DNA from: Marsupella aquatica
Lineage: Eukaryota > Plantae > Marchantiophyta
Assembly (NCBI GenBank): GCA_973895155.1
Contig: OZ316891.1
Location: 21,154,169 to 21,218,168, forward strand
DNA length: 64,000 bases
Direction of reading: 5' to 3'
Shown here: in pieces, positions 49,943 through 62,334 of the stretch
Layout of the letters: each line of letters begins with the position of its first letter
Numbering within the stretch: position 1 is the stretch's first letter
The notes under the pieces: generated by a model
What the model was told of the DNA's origin: nothing
Database searches by the model: none
The model's input: only the letters and a program-made list of their open reading frames with translations
Translations under genes and position numbers: made by a program

Positions 49943-50233
49943 CTCAGGGGGTTGACTATCAAAAATCTTAGAAATCACGTGCAATCTAAAATAAGTATTT
50001 TTGGCAGAATGATTTCAACTAAATTTTTAAAAAGCATAGGAGGCAAAAGAAGGTATTATAAACTCATGTTTATAAAATATTCTTTAATATATACCCTTTA
50101 TAAAGTAAAATAAGTTATTAATATTGAAAATAGAGAATATTCTTGGAATATTTTCTTTATAAAATAGGTCTATTTATATTAGGCTAGGATCGCACGTGGT
50201 ACCCCAAAATATACACTTAGTTAACCCCCCGAG
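49943..50233. mobile_element. CTYGGGGG-family MITE copy 5, 8-bp TSD GGCATTAG
   Basis: GGCATTAG|CTCAGGGGGTTGACTA...TAGTTAACCCCCCGAG|GGCATTAG. Confidence 0.92.
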
Positions 50234-50282
50234 GGCATTAGTTGACTATAAGAGCATTTGGGCCAATCTGAATGTGCCACAT

Positions 50283-50588
50283 TTCGGGGGCCTCAGTCCA
50301 AGGGGTGTATCATATCACGCGCGAAGTTTTGGGGGAATAAACACCCTAAAACTTAAGTCAATAAAGTTTTTTTGAGTAATTGTTTTAACCCTAACTTAAT
50401 AAAATATTCTAAGAATATTCTCAAATCTGATTTTTAAAACCCTATGATTCTTATAATTCTCAAAATTGGATTAAAATAACCCTAATGTTCTTCAACAAAA
50501 ATTTAAAAGTATTTTCACTAAATCAAATAAAAAACCCTATACTTATTCGTGCATGATAGGTTGGAAGAAACGAAGTGAGGACCCCGGG
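50283..50588. mobile_element. CTYGGGGG-family MITE copy 6, 8-bp TSD TGCCACAT
   Basis: TGCCACAT|TTCGGGGGCCTCA...TGAGGACCCCGGG|TGCCACAT. The interior is similar to copies 1-3. Confidence 0.88.
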
Positions 50589-53500
50589 TGCCACATCATC
50601 ACTTTATGGCTCATAATGTGACTATATTATTTTGAGGCATGCCTAAGTCGTAATTTTCTGGAATGTCCAAAGGGTGTGTCATACAATATTGGTCCTGTCT
50701 ATTGTTGTCTATTATTGTCTGTGTGAGGACATTTCTGGCCTGTACATTTGTGGTAGGCATGCCCTTAAAGTCAATGGGTTTGTGGTGGACCATTACGTGT
50801 ATACATAAACTCATTTGAGGTAGGCATGCCCTTAAAGACAATGGGTTTGCAGTGGACCATTACGTGTATACATAAACTCAAAGATGAGTGATAGGTCAAG
50901 GTTTTGTGGTCACCAAAAAGTAAAGGTTGCCAACACATAAACTCAAAGTTGATGGAATAGGTATTCTGGTCACCAAAAAGTGAAGGTTGCCAACACATAA
51001 ACTCAAAGTAGTTGATGGAATAAAGTAGATCTGTGATATCATTTCTTAAGCTTCCGTCAAGGTATTGTGGTAGACAAAAAGTGATCTGGCCAGAACAGCA
51101 TTGGGGACTGGGACCCTAGTAAAATGGGGAAATGGGGGACCATTAAGCTTGACATAGATTTAACGTTTTAACGTGCAGTGGGGGAAATTAGTTCAGAGTT
51201 GTGAGTGAGAGTCATGTCCTCGGTTATGTCCGTCAGCGTTCGGTTATGTCCGTCAGATTTTAATAGGAAGTTCTGTCGGAATGATATGTGTCCGTCGAAT
51301 TCAACAGGAGCAGGTCTTAGGGAAGGTGAGGTCGGTCTCCAGGATCTGACCATTCGAGCCAGCGGACGCTTATGTTCTCGATGAATATATGTGCCGACGA
51401 GGAATATATTAACTGGCGGGAGGTGCGCACCGGATCTGAAGCGCTAAATCGATTTTGTTGCACCTGAACAGAGAAGGGATAGGAATTGACAGCAAATTCT
51501 GTTAGGGACTTGGTGATGAGCATTGGTGAAGTTGGTCCGGGTACGGCGGTGGCTGGTGGCTGGGAGAAACGTGAGCTAGAAACGCTCGATTCATTAACTT
51601 GCTTCTCACTCCTCTTAACGTGAAGACTACAGCTGCCCGGAGTGATTCCATTCGCCAGCGAACTTTAATTTGGGAGATTTCGCTAAATAAAACTCTACTG
51701 TTTTTGTTCTAGAGACTGAAACGGCAGAACTGAGCTCTCATGCAAGCAATCGTAGGTGAGGGAGAGCATTCTCTGCGTAAAATGCAAGTCTCACACTCAT
51801 CATTTTCATACAATTTGCTCGATGAATGCGTGTTCAAATTGCTCAACACGAATCTGTCGCGAGTTCAACGCTCGGTGCTTGATAAAAAGGATCCATGATG
51901 GTGAAAACCAAATGTAGAGCTCACTTTAGATAGTCCAAGTCGCAACAGGTGGAACTGGACTGTAGATACGAATGACGACCAGCTGGCTGACCTCTCTTTC
52001 AAATTCGTCAATAACCTCCCAGACAGAATCTCGTTATCACCGGCGCAGCATCTTCTTTTGACATAATGATATCGTGGCGCATGAAAATCCTGCCCTGCAA
52101 AGCTGAAAGCTCTCGATCCGTGAAGCTTATTAATCAGAAGAATTCAATGAGCTCATGCAGTTGTAGAACCAAACTCAAAAAATTACGTAGAGCTCAATTT
52201 AGAGGTACAGTCAAAGTTGCTACAGGTCTGAACTATTCCAGATCCTAAATAAATGATCCAGGTCATTTCCCAAACCTTTAGGTCACATAACAGCTTGTGC
52301 ATGTGAACTGTGAACCTCCGCTTGCTGTACTGCACTACCGGTAGATGACGACCAGCTTCGGCCTTCTTTCAAATTAGCTGTCGTGGAAACTTATCAGAGA
52401 ATATGTCAGATTCATTAATTTTTGTAGTCTCCGTGCAACTCGAGCTCATATGGTTTAATTGCCAGTTAACCGTTAAAACTTTAAATTCTTCGCGCTCGTT
52501 TCGATCACATTGCAACGCCTTCATACCACTTTCACATTCTGCATATAAATCCGTGACAAGGACGAACATCCGGTGTAAATTTAGAAAGTCAACGTCTCTT
52601 GTCTAGTTCGAAAGCTCTGACGATGTGGTCTGGTTCTGGACCAGTCCTGATGACGACCCACCGCTGTATACATGCCATATGATAGTACTATCAAAGAACA
52701 CGGCGTAGGGGCTAACGATGATCTTATATATGTAGAGTTTCCAATTTCTTGGATTAGCTTAGCCATTCTGCAAGCTAGTTAAATACTACAGTATCAAGAG
52801 AGCGGGACATCGATCCCCTCCATTCGATCAAGTCTCCAACTACCATAGGCCATAACCGTGGAATCTATCACTGTAGGGCATGCACGGCCGATCAAAGCTG
52901 GCTGTAACTTGATTGGAGGAATAACATTGGGTCGCTTCAGTACTATTCCAGATTCCAGCTGGTGAGCTAGTATCAATAATAATTATCGACTCCGTAAGGA
53001 TCTGAAATCTCCCAACCAGGCCGCACGGAAACCTACCGTGAATCGGGTACGTGCAACTGGCGGTGAAATTGGGCATAATTCCGGGAGTGACATACAACAA
53101 GAGAGTTTTTCAATCTTCCTGAGTGCGTGAACTAGCAGCTCCGGCTGAGAGCAAAACTGAGAATTGAATATATTTCTACTAAGTAGTTGTAGCACTTATT
53201 GCAGATGACAGCGCAAAGAATCAGCGAAGTTTATCCAATTAAAAGGACGTTCTAAGGTGTACGTGGATAGTGGGCTCTCTTCTTCTTCAATTTTCTGTTT
53301 TCTTTCAAAATGCCTTGAACGATTAAACTGAAATGCATATAGAGGAACAGAAAAAGTACACAAGACCCAACTGGTAATTTGAGGAAAGTGTCTTTCAATC
53401 ACGTTCGCAGCGCTGAGAATACTCAGAATTGCGGACCTGTTAACATTTCATTGATGAAGATGGAGGACTGGAGGGCACCTGCAGCATGCAAGTTAATGAG

Positions 53501-54223
53501 ATAATATTTTACTCACTCAAATACGACAGGCTGTACAGCACGAATATGGTCAATTCAAGAAATTTTCTCTTCAAGTCTTCACAGTACTTTATACTTTAGT
53601 CTCTGGGATTGTGGGAAAGTCTGACCGCATTTGTGATACTGGACACGAGTGGATAGCTTTATTGCAAGTAGACAGAGAGTGCGGACAGAATGATGGAATA
53701 ATGCCCACAAGGTACTACCAGCATCACCGCCGCCGCTGCTGTGGGCCTCTTAATTCTAACTTATTTGTTGTCCTAGAGCCCTGGATAGTGTCATCAGTCC
53801 CATGCTCCCATTCCAGTTGGAGGAATCGATTGTGCTGGATGATACTTTAAATCGTGCTAGTTTGGTCCGTTTGGATGAACCATATATCAATATATCATGC
53901 ATTATTCTCTTGGCACATCTGGATTAATTTGTAAAAATACTTCCCCAGATGTGACAAGAGTAAGCTACAGTACTAAGGAATGGACTGACTGAAGATTTGA
54001 AATTCCATGACTAGTCCCGGTGACTAGTTGAAGCTTTACAGGCACGACGGGCACAGGATTAACCACAGTTCGAGAGGACGGAGCCTCAATCATCTACTGT
54101 AGCTTTTCAGTGGCTGGTGCAGTGGTTGAGTTTACTAGATCATACAGGCTAGTCCTCAATGCTGCAACTGATCGATCAGCTACTGTGTCATACTTGTACC
54201 TTCACCGACACCGTCTTCGACCA

Positions 54224-54230
54224 TATAAAA
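54224..54230 (+). promoter_or_regulatory. Probable TATA box of the esterase gene
   Basis: TATAAAA lies about 120 bp upstream of the ATG at 54346. Confidence 0.55.
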
Positions 54231-54345
54231 GCATTCATAACAGCACACGATCCTTCCGAACGCTCGTCCCTCAGAGCAAGACCAGCAACCTGGTGACACT
54301 ACTATAAGTTCCACGGATTACTTAGCTCTCGACTTCTTGACTAAC

Positions 54346-57149
54346 ATGGAGATGAGGACGATTCTGTCGGCACTAGTCTTCGCCACGGTTCTACTTGGCG
54401 ATGGGATCAGCTGCGCTCAGGTCGCAACTTAGAGACATACAGTACTATAGCGTTGCATTGGGCTTCGGGAAATGTCCGTGACTGTCATTAGTATGATCTA
54501 CCTAATTGTGAAGCTAGATTTCCTAAATTCCTCTCTTTAGATGAGTCGATCCAAAACTCGATTGGATGTGTGTCCTGCAAATATATGCTTGTTGCTCCGT
54601 TGGATTGCATGAAATCAGCTCAGTCGGACGATTCATCTTTTCTGTCTGTGAGATCTACGTGCTTAGTCTAAACCTGCATACCGACATGCACTGCAAGGGC
54701 AGATGGTTTAAGCGAGTCGTGTTTAACTAGCTTCTCTTTACATACACCACGTACCCTCTAGATGATCTGCATTTAATCCACCGCGCGACCGTCGTACTCT
54801 GAACAGAATTTGCTATCCTTGTAGTCCTTGGCCCCCAGCTCGTGTTATTTATTGATGTACTCCTCTAGCTGATGTTATGGGATCAATAGACACCGAGTGC
54901 ATACAGAATTTTACGCTACGTAGGGATTTATGTCCGACTCGTCTCATAGGCATCCTTTGGATGTCCTGTAAGTTCTAGGGATTTATGTCGGACTCGTCTC
55001 ACAGACATATATGCTTTGGATGTCCTAGCCTGTAAGCTCAGAGCTTTATAATAATTATCCAATCTATGGACATATCAGGTCCCTGCTGCTGCTTGCACTT
55101 ACTACAAAACTATCCAAGCTCGCACACCTGACCATTTGTGATGGGAGTGCCTTATCTGGAACCGTGACTTTCAACAGTTTCACCTAGCTTTATTTAAACG
55201 AAAACCCTTGAAATTATGTGTGCTTGATTTGGTTCACCGTGATTTGGTTCACCGTAAGCATTGATTGAGAGCTTGCAACTTCTAAGATATCGATGAAGAT
55301 TCGTCAGGGTTGGACCTCAAAGCCGTAATAGGGAGCTACAGTTTGCAGGTACATATAGTTCAAGCATATATCTAGATGATCTCGTGAAATCTTGAACATG
55401 AAAGTAAGCAGTGGGAATTATGAATGACGTGCAGGGTAAGGAGTTCGTGCTTGTGCACGGTGGCGGTCACGGTGCTTGGTGCTGGTACAAAGTCGCCAAC
55501 CTCTTGCAGGAAGCTGGGTACAAGACCACCACTCTGGACATGGCCTCGTCTGGGACTCGAAATAAAATCAATGCCAACAATATCTCCACCATTGCGCAGT
55601 ACACCAAGCCGCTTGTAGACTACCTAGCGAACGTTTCGGGTCAGGTGAGTTCTAATTATTGGGCATATATTCGACATCATTAGACTCGGTCGCGCGTTCA
55701 AGTTGCGCGCGGCGAGAAGACTCATCGATCTGAAGCTGTTCTGCTCTGTTTTGTTTCCTAAGTTATCTTCTAAGTCACTTGTACCTCCCTTCTCCCTGAG
55801 AGGATTCGTCCTTCCTGCTTTAATTTCTGTGATCCCCAACAGGCAAACATAGATTAATTTACACTGCCACTGATCGGTTGGTACACCGGGCGAGTGTTTA
55901 CGTGAAGGTTGTGCTGGTGGGACATAGTATCGGAGGTATCTCCATCAGCTTTGCAATGGAACAACACCCAGAAAAAATATCTCATGCCATCTTCCTCACC
56001 GCTGCCATGCCTAAAAACAACCAGTCGTTGATTACTTCTGCCCCATCAACTGTGAGTAATCAATCTTTTGTCATCTGCTATTATCTTTCTCATCGTTTGC
56101 CGTCGGGGGTAGGAGTTTGCGGGTCGTCTGACATGGTGCTAACTAATCTCCATTGAACCATGTCAAACTTCTTCCTATGTGAGTGGGCTCAATGGACTAT
56201 GCTTCGAAAAATACTCCACAAGCTGTTTGAGGAGAAAGGATGGTTACTGCACGGATTCAGAGCCTTGTCGGCCGGGTACATATCTAACAGCAGCGTTGAT
56301 TTGGTGTGTGCAATGTTGGACAGTTACTACAGCGTTTGGCCGCTGCAAAAGTATTTGCCCTTAATTTCGGTAATGGACTAAATGCCCCACCCACATCGGC
56401 CACCCTAAACCTCACCGTCGCTCCTCTATACTTCTACAACAGGAGCCCAGATACGGTACATTTCTTACTCAAAAGTAGGTCCCGACGAAAGAATAATAAG
56501 ATCGAGTCTAGCCATCTAATATCAATTGATGATATTTAGTTAAAGTACTAGTGAATGTCAATCGATGAAAGCAATACTAGAAACTTGACAATATAATTAA
56601 GTTGGGATGTGGTCTTAATTAGCAGATAGAATCTCACGTATGTCAAAGAATCAACGATCTGGTGGGGATCCATGGTTGCAAGATGCATAGGCGAATTCAT
56701 CGCAGAATAGAAATGTGTCCTCTTCAATTGCATGAGATACTTTTGAATGGTTGAACTGTATTTGATGATATCTATAATGTTGCATCATTGATTCTGCATT
56801 CAGAGTGTTCAATCTCGGTTTCCATCATAGAAATTTATCGCTAACCTGATCATGATCAATTTTCTCTTCTCATGTGCAGGACATCACCCTTTCTTTAACC
56901 CTGTTGAATGATCTTCCCTATTGTACTTTTAGTGAAGTTCTGTTTCTGACAGAAGAAAGATATGGCACAGTCCGAAAATTTTATGTGAAGACCGATGACG
57001 ACCAAGTCTGGGGTCCTGGAACTGAAGACTACATCATTGCAAACAACCCCCCTGAAAGGACTTTCTTCATCAACGGTACTGATCACTCAGCGTTTTTCAG
57101 CAAGCCTGTAGCGACCACTAAACGTATAGTAGACATCTCAAATCTTTGA
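54346..57149 (+). CDS. Alpha/beta-hydrolase of the methylesterase (MES/SABP2/HNL) family with signal peptide, ~276 aa, 5 exons
   Basis: Exons 54346-54420, 55435-55644, 55908-56051, 56324-56455 and 56880-57149, all phase 0 and GT-AG. Motifs: FVLVHGGGHGAWCWYKV, nucleophile VLVGHSIGG, acid YVKTDDDQV, His GTDHSAFFSKP. Exon 1 (MEMRTILSALVFATVLLGDGISCAQ) is the least certain. Confidence 0.93.
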
Positions 57150-60100
57150 TCATGTACATAGGTCCTGGAGTACTGAATCAAGTGAGTTGGGAAAGAGCAT
57201 CTCGAAGGCGTCGCTACCATATTCGCAATGGTACGTCACAAGGGCCTTTCAAGTGGCCTTTCCTAGGTGAACTCGGGGATGCATGAACTGCAGCTCAACT
57301 GAGAGGATTGAAGTTAGATCGATGGGTAGCATGTTAAGGAAGACTTCTGGTGCCTCCAAAAAATTCTAAAAAGTCCGATCATCATCTAAGTGTGAGCAGC
57401 AGATCTGGAATTGAAGCATATTCTGAGCACAGTTATTCATGGGCAAAATAGTTTTTAAATCAACGGTTTTTCGGAAGACGTATTTTGATTATGTAATGTT
57501 CACTCGAGTCATCTTCAGACCATCATTTGTACTACAATTGATTGTGGTTCATCTGATTATCTGATATCTTGAAACCTGTTAAATAGCTAACCATAAACCA
57601 TTCTATTTGATATGAAACTGTCAGTGGCTATTCAATTATGTCGTACGTACAAAGTTACCGTACTTTATTCGCCGAATTCTATGGTCACAAATGTTTACTT
57701 TCAAAAGTCCACGTCTCGGGACCTCACGAATCCCGTCCAAGCTGCAGCGAGTATCGCTGCGCACTAGTTGTGGTGGTTGCCTGCCTGTCTCCGTGATGAA
57801 GGAAGAACTTAAAATAGCGAATCAAATCCGTCTACGAGGGAAAAACTTTTTGTCCTTCTGACACACAATTGTGTTGGTTAGGGATACCCCACCTCAGGCA
57901 TTTGTTTTAAGCCATTGTTTAGCTGTTTCCCTAGATTTCCTCCTATTTCCTTGTCGTGTCGCTCTTTGGATGTTTGCAACTTTGCATTGTCTATTTTGTC
58001 TCGAGGCGCCTAGAAACCTAAGTACGGGACCTCTCGTGACCATGACTATAGTAGGTCAAGATCAATGGAGCCATGGAAATAACTTGAAGGACATCGGGAA
58101 GGAAGGGCGATCACGTGATTGCTCTGTAGAACTTACTTAATTCTGAGATATCCTTCGGACAATGCGACACCCGGATCACGACCTTTTTTGAGATAGACCA
58201 AGCTACAGTAGATAGGATAGGTGCGTACGTGTTCGATCAAAAACTCAAGAACTGTTCCAGTGATAACATGATTGAGCCATCGAAAAATTTACTCTTTACC
58301 TACAGTGGAACCCAACTCAAGACTGAGTTTCATATGCAGAGCGTTGTTGGAAGAATCAATCTGTTCAATTAATGCCGTGTAAGTTTGTTTTTGGTTAAAG
58401 AGGAAAACTTGCCAAAGGGGCATATTCCACCTCTGAGAGACTTGTTCTCTCTACAAATGTTACCAGGATTATTTGGAGCCGTGGTACTTCGTAGTCTCGC
58501 GCACGAACTCAATTCAGAAGGGATAGATTTATTGTGACGGAAATTTCGAACGTGAAGGTTTGAGAGATTCCAAAGGCCAAACGTTTCCATATAAATCAAC
58601 ATAGTCGATAGAGTAAAGCAGAGTGTAATGAATGAGGACTAGAAGCCGAGAGATTTCCAAACACGTGCGGCACCAACGCCAAGCCATGGCTGAAATCGCC
58701 AAAGCAGAACTCCAGAGAGGTTAGTAGAACCCAGCGAGCTTCTCCTAGTTCCGTGGGAATATTTAGATCTAGTTATATAACTCATAATACAAGGTCCTTG
58801 TTTAGTATTTTCTCTCTCGATGACTGGTTGGGATACTGCATGTATCCATTTCTTTCCTGTGCTCATAAGTATCTCATGTCAGCCAAATATTTTTGCTCAA
58901 TATCTGCGACTCCTTGTTCCAGCAACGCACACTAGATCCGATCATTTTATTTGACTTGTCCCCGCGACCGTCTGTAGTAGAATCGTTCCGGTCTAATATG
59001 TCAGGCGCTCGGAATTGAAGACCATGATTTCAAACCTTGTCTACAGTTATCATTAACTCCACTCGCGCATATTGTTAGCTTATTACCCTCGCGGTTAGTA
59101 ACTGCATGTAGAATCGTTACGTTCAATTTGCAAGGTGCTCGAATTCATCACCATGATTCCGAATTTCGATCTTGGAATGTTCTAATCATTTATAGCATAT
59201 ATCCTCTCATTGTTAAGGAAATTAAATGCTTTCTGCACACTGAATTTCTAATTTATTTTCGTAGGAAAGAAACTTTTGGGGCTGTTCCGTAGAGGCCTAT
59301 GTTGAAGTGCTCCTCTCGGGTGTGTATCTTCTGTCGTTTCCTCGACATCTAAAAGATTGCGTAATTAATGGCAATGAGGGGGTTCCAAATATTCTTGCTC
59401 AATGGTCAATGGTCGTTTTACATCACGGTCAACATACTTGTTCATTCTTCTCTGTTGACCACTTTCTTGTTAACCCCAATGGAAGGCGGGATGGAAGGTA
59501 GATTCGGGAGTATCCACCGACATATGAACTAAGATTTAGTAGTTTTATGATAGGGCGTGGTAGGTGAGGCGAGCTTCAATATATATATGCGCCATGCGCT
59601 CTCTCACTATAGCCACGTACTAGAAGCTAGAGCCCATCTGCAGCAACTCATTTTTAAGCGGCAATTAAATGCTTTAACATGTATGCATTCCGCCACATAC
59701 TTGATTACCTGTTTCGAGCTAGCTATGTCTGCATGTCCATGTATGTCTGGTGACTGATCCATTATCTTCGATCACTCCAAGTACATTGAAGTTCCGATTC
59801 AGTCTGGGTTCACGTCATATAGGTCTACGTTTCAAGTTGTGTTCCAGCTTCTGCGCATATTTCGATCTCTCTAGCGAGTAATTCCTACGAGATGAAATAC
59901 TGACAGCTCGATTAGATAAATAGAACCTTATAATTGAGTTCAATTAATGAAGAGCGATCGATCAGAAGCTGTTTCACTTACTAGGAAACAGCCCAGCCCA
60001 GCCGTTGGCACTGAAGGACTCTTTGGTTTCGGTACGTCAAGTTCAAAAGCTGACCTGTAGTCAATCGTATTCCAATCCCTGGCTAAGGTGCAAATGTGCA

Positions 60101-60779
60101 GCGTGGACCATTGCGCTAGAAATTACTGCAAAGTCAACGTAAGGTGCAGAGTTTACGAGTGTGAAAATATGAAGTGCAGAACACTACACTGGGTCCAGAA
60201 TACATCTTGATATTGTAAGTGACAAACAGATAGAATACACCGTCATCTAGTGAGAATACATTGCACAGTTTGAGTTACACTTGAAGTTGGGAAACTAAGT
60301 AGGTCAGTTGCCTAGAAGATTAGGGTGAGAGGTCCCAGGCTCCAGGGTGTGGGGGGGTGTATGTGGAGGGTATATGTGTGTGGGTGAGATGGGTTTTGTG
60401 AGAAGTGGATCTAAGTTCTGGTGGGGTTCTGGTTATTTCTTGGGCCCTTTGGTTGTCCAGTGGCCCTGATTTAATCTCTCTCCATAGCATCCTGCTGCTT
60501 GCTGCACGTCCCTCTTGGATCCATTGGCCCACCCTGAAATTGGTTCCCTAGAATGAATGTATGTCACTATTGGGGTGGAGAGACTCTAAGTGTTCTGACT
60601 TCCTCATTTAGTTTCAAGGCACCACAGCCCCCAAGAAAAAAGTTTGGAAACAAATTATGCATTCGTTACCATACAGCTGTTTGTAGAATGATCATGACAG
60701 CCAATCACAAACCTGACTACCAATTTAGGGTATATATAATTATACATATTATAATGTAGAATAGATAATTAATTTAAAG

Positions 60780-61957
60780 ATCAATTATGTTAGTATAATT
60801 TTTATAAAATAAGTGTATTTATAATAGGGAATGATTGCACATGTTACCCAAAGGTTACACTAAGTTAACACCCCAAGATGCAAGTAAGTAGCAATGCATG
60901 TGAAGCTCATATTAAGAACCAAGTGACAATCTGATGTATGTAATTAGAGACACCATTGGAGACTTTCAAACCAAAGAAAATTAATTAATTAAATGAAAAA
61001 AGTTAATTTGTAATTTGTAAATTTTGGAAAACTTTGATTATATTATAAAAATCAGAATATATTTATGCATTGAAAATTTACAAAGAAAACAAAATATTCC
61101 CTCTAAGCACCTTCGTCACCCATCTCGGGTCCATCTGCCCTAACCTTCACGCTCCCAAGACTAATATTTTCACAAAAACAACTACAACCAAAATGATCAA
61201 GCTTCTTTGCCTTGCTTCTGTTTTTTGTCTTTCTTACATTTCTTTGCCTTGCTTTCACATTTTTGTCTTGTCTTGACATCTTTGCTCACCCCAATATCTT
61301 TCCATCACCTCAATATCTAAATTGCGTCTACATTTTGGCCTTGCCTTGACATCTTTGCTTCACCCAACATCTTTGTCTCACCTCAAAATCTTTGTCTTGC
61401 CTCATTCGGTATCTTCTATGCAACCACTTCTTTTCCGCTTCAACATTGTTTACACAATTAAACCATCTATGCAATGCACGGTTGTTGAACACAATCACAA
61501 TGACTATATGGTTTGGATGATTCATAACAGGTCTTAACAACTATGAATCTTGCAAAACCTATATTTTCGTGCGTCGGGTTAACATATTTTTCTCTCTTCC
61601 ATACATTTTTTCTCCCCTCAACATTTATTTCTCATCTCGATATCATTTTCTCTCCTTGCCATCTTTAATTATTTCACTTTGACAATTTTTTTCTCCTTGA
61701 TATCTTTTTCTCTCCTCGACATCTTTATCTCAATTTGACATCTTTATCTCACCTCAACATTTTTCTCTCCTTGATATTTTTTTCACTCATTGACATTTTT
61801 TTTGACTTCAATTAACATCTTGCCTCACCTTAAAATCTTGCCCTCACTTCAACATCTTGTCCTCACCTCTAGGTCTTGGCCTCTTAAAATCTTGCTTTCA
61901 TTTGGAAAACTTGCCTTCACTCAAAATCTTTTGTACAATACACACGCATGGGACTAG
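60780..61957 (+). mobile_element. Possible decayed Helitron-like element (AT-rich, many TCTCACCTCAACATCTT-type repeats)
   Basis: It ends GTACAATACACACGCATGGGACTAG|T (CTAG-T with a weak hairpin remnant), and 20 bp GGGACTAGTTTCCTTCATTA is duplicated at the junction. The 5' end is not defined. Confidence 0.35.
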
Positions 61958-62020
61958 TTTCCTTCATTAGGGACTAGTTTCCTTCATTAATCGTTACACA
62001 TTAGTGAAGTGTATTCTATA

Positions 62021-62141
62021 CGTAAATCCTGTCAGGAAAAGAGGTTACCGGTGTGTAACCATTTCTACAGGGGCCTGCTATAGTCATAATCTGGTGTCCT
62101 GAAAAGTTGAGCTGGTAACCTCTTTCCTGGCAGGAGTTACG
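62021..62141. mobile_element. Stowaway-like MITE copy (TA flanks, ~30-bp TIR)
   Basis: TA|CGTAAATCCTGTCAGGAAAAGAGGTTACC...GGTAACCTCTTTCCTGGCAGGAGTTACG|TA. Confidence 0.82.
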
Positions 62142-62159
62142 TACACTAATGCAGGGCAT

Positions 62160-62334
62160 GGCTGGGGTTATAGGCTGTAACCTGCGTCCGGAATATTCAA
62201 AGAAGCTTCCCGGCTGCCGCCGGTCAGTTTCTTTTCATATTCCGACAGGGCTGGGGTTATAGGCTGTAACCTGCATCCGAAATATTCAAAGAAACTTCCC
62301 GGCTGCCGCCGGTCAGTTTCTTTTCATATTCCGA
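62160..62334. repeat. Near-perfect 2 x ~88-bp tandem duplication upstream of CCT1
   Basis: GGCTGGGGTTATAGGCTGTAACCTGCRTCCGRAATATTCAAAGAARCTTCCCGGCTGCCGCCGGTCAGTTTCTTTTCATATTCCGA occurs at 62160 and 62249. Confidence 0.95.

Larger units (their letters stand above)
48965..51177 (-). repeat. Right arm of the old inverted repeat, expanded by ~95-bp tandem duplications and three MITEs
   Basis: The unit GATCTGTGATATCATTTCTTAAGCTTCCGTCAAGGTATTGTGGTCAACAAAAAGTGAAGGKTGCCAACACAWAAACTCAAAGTTGATGGAATAAAGTA occurs in whole or part at about 49318, 49673, 49771, 50895, 50960 and 51028. It is complementary to 41810-41900. Confidence 0.8.

Noticed and set aside
60321-60536. TAGGGTG...CACCCTG as a hAT MITE
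   Set aside because: The inverted match is very short and there is no TSD.
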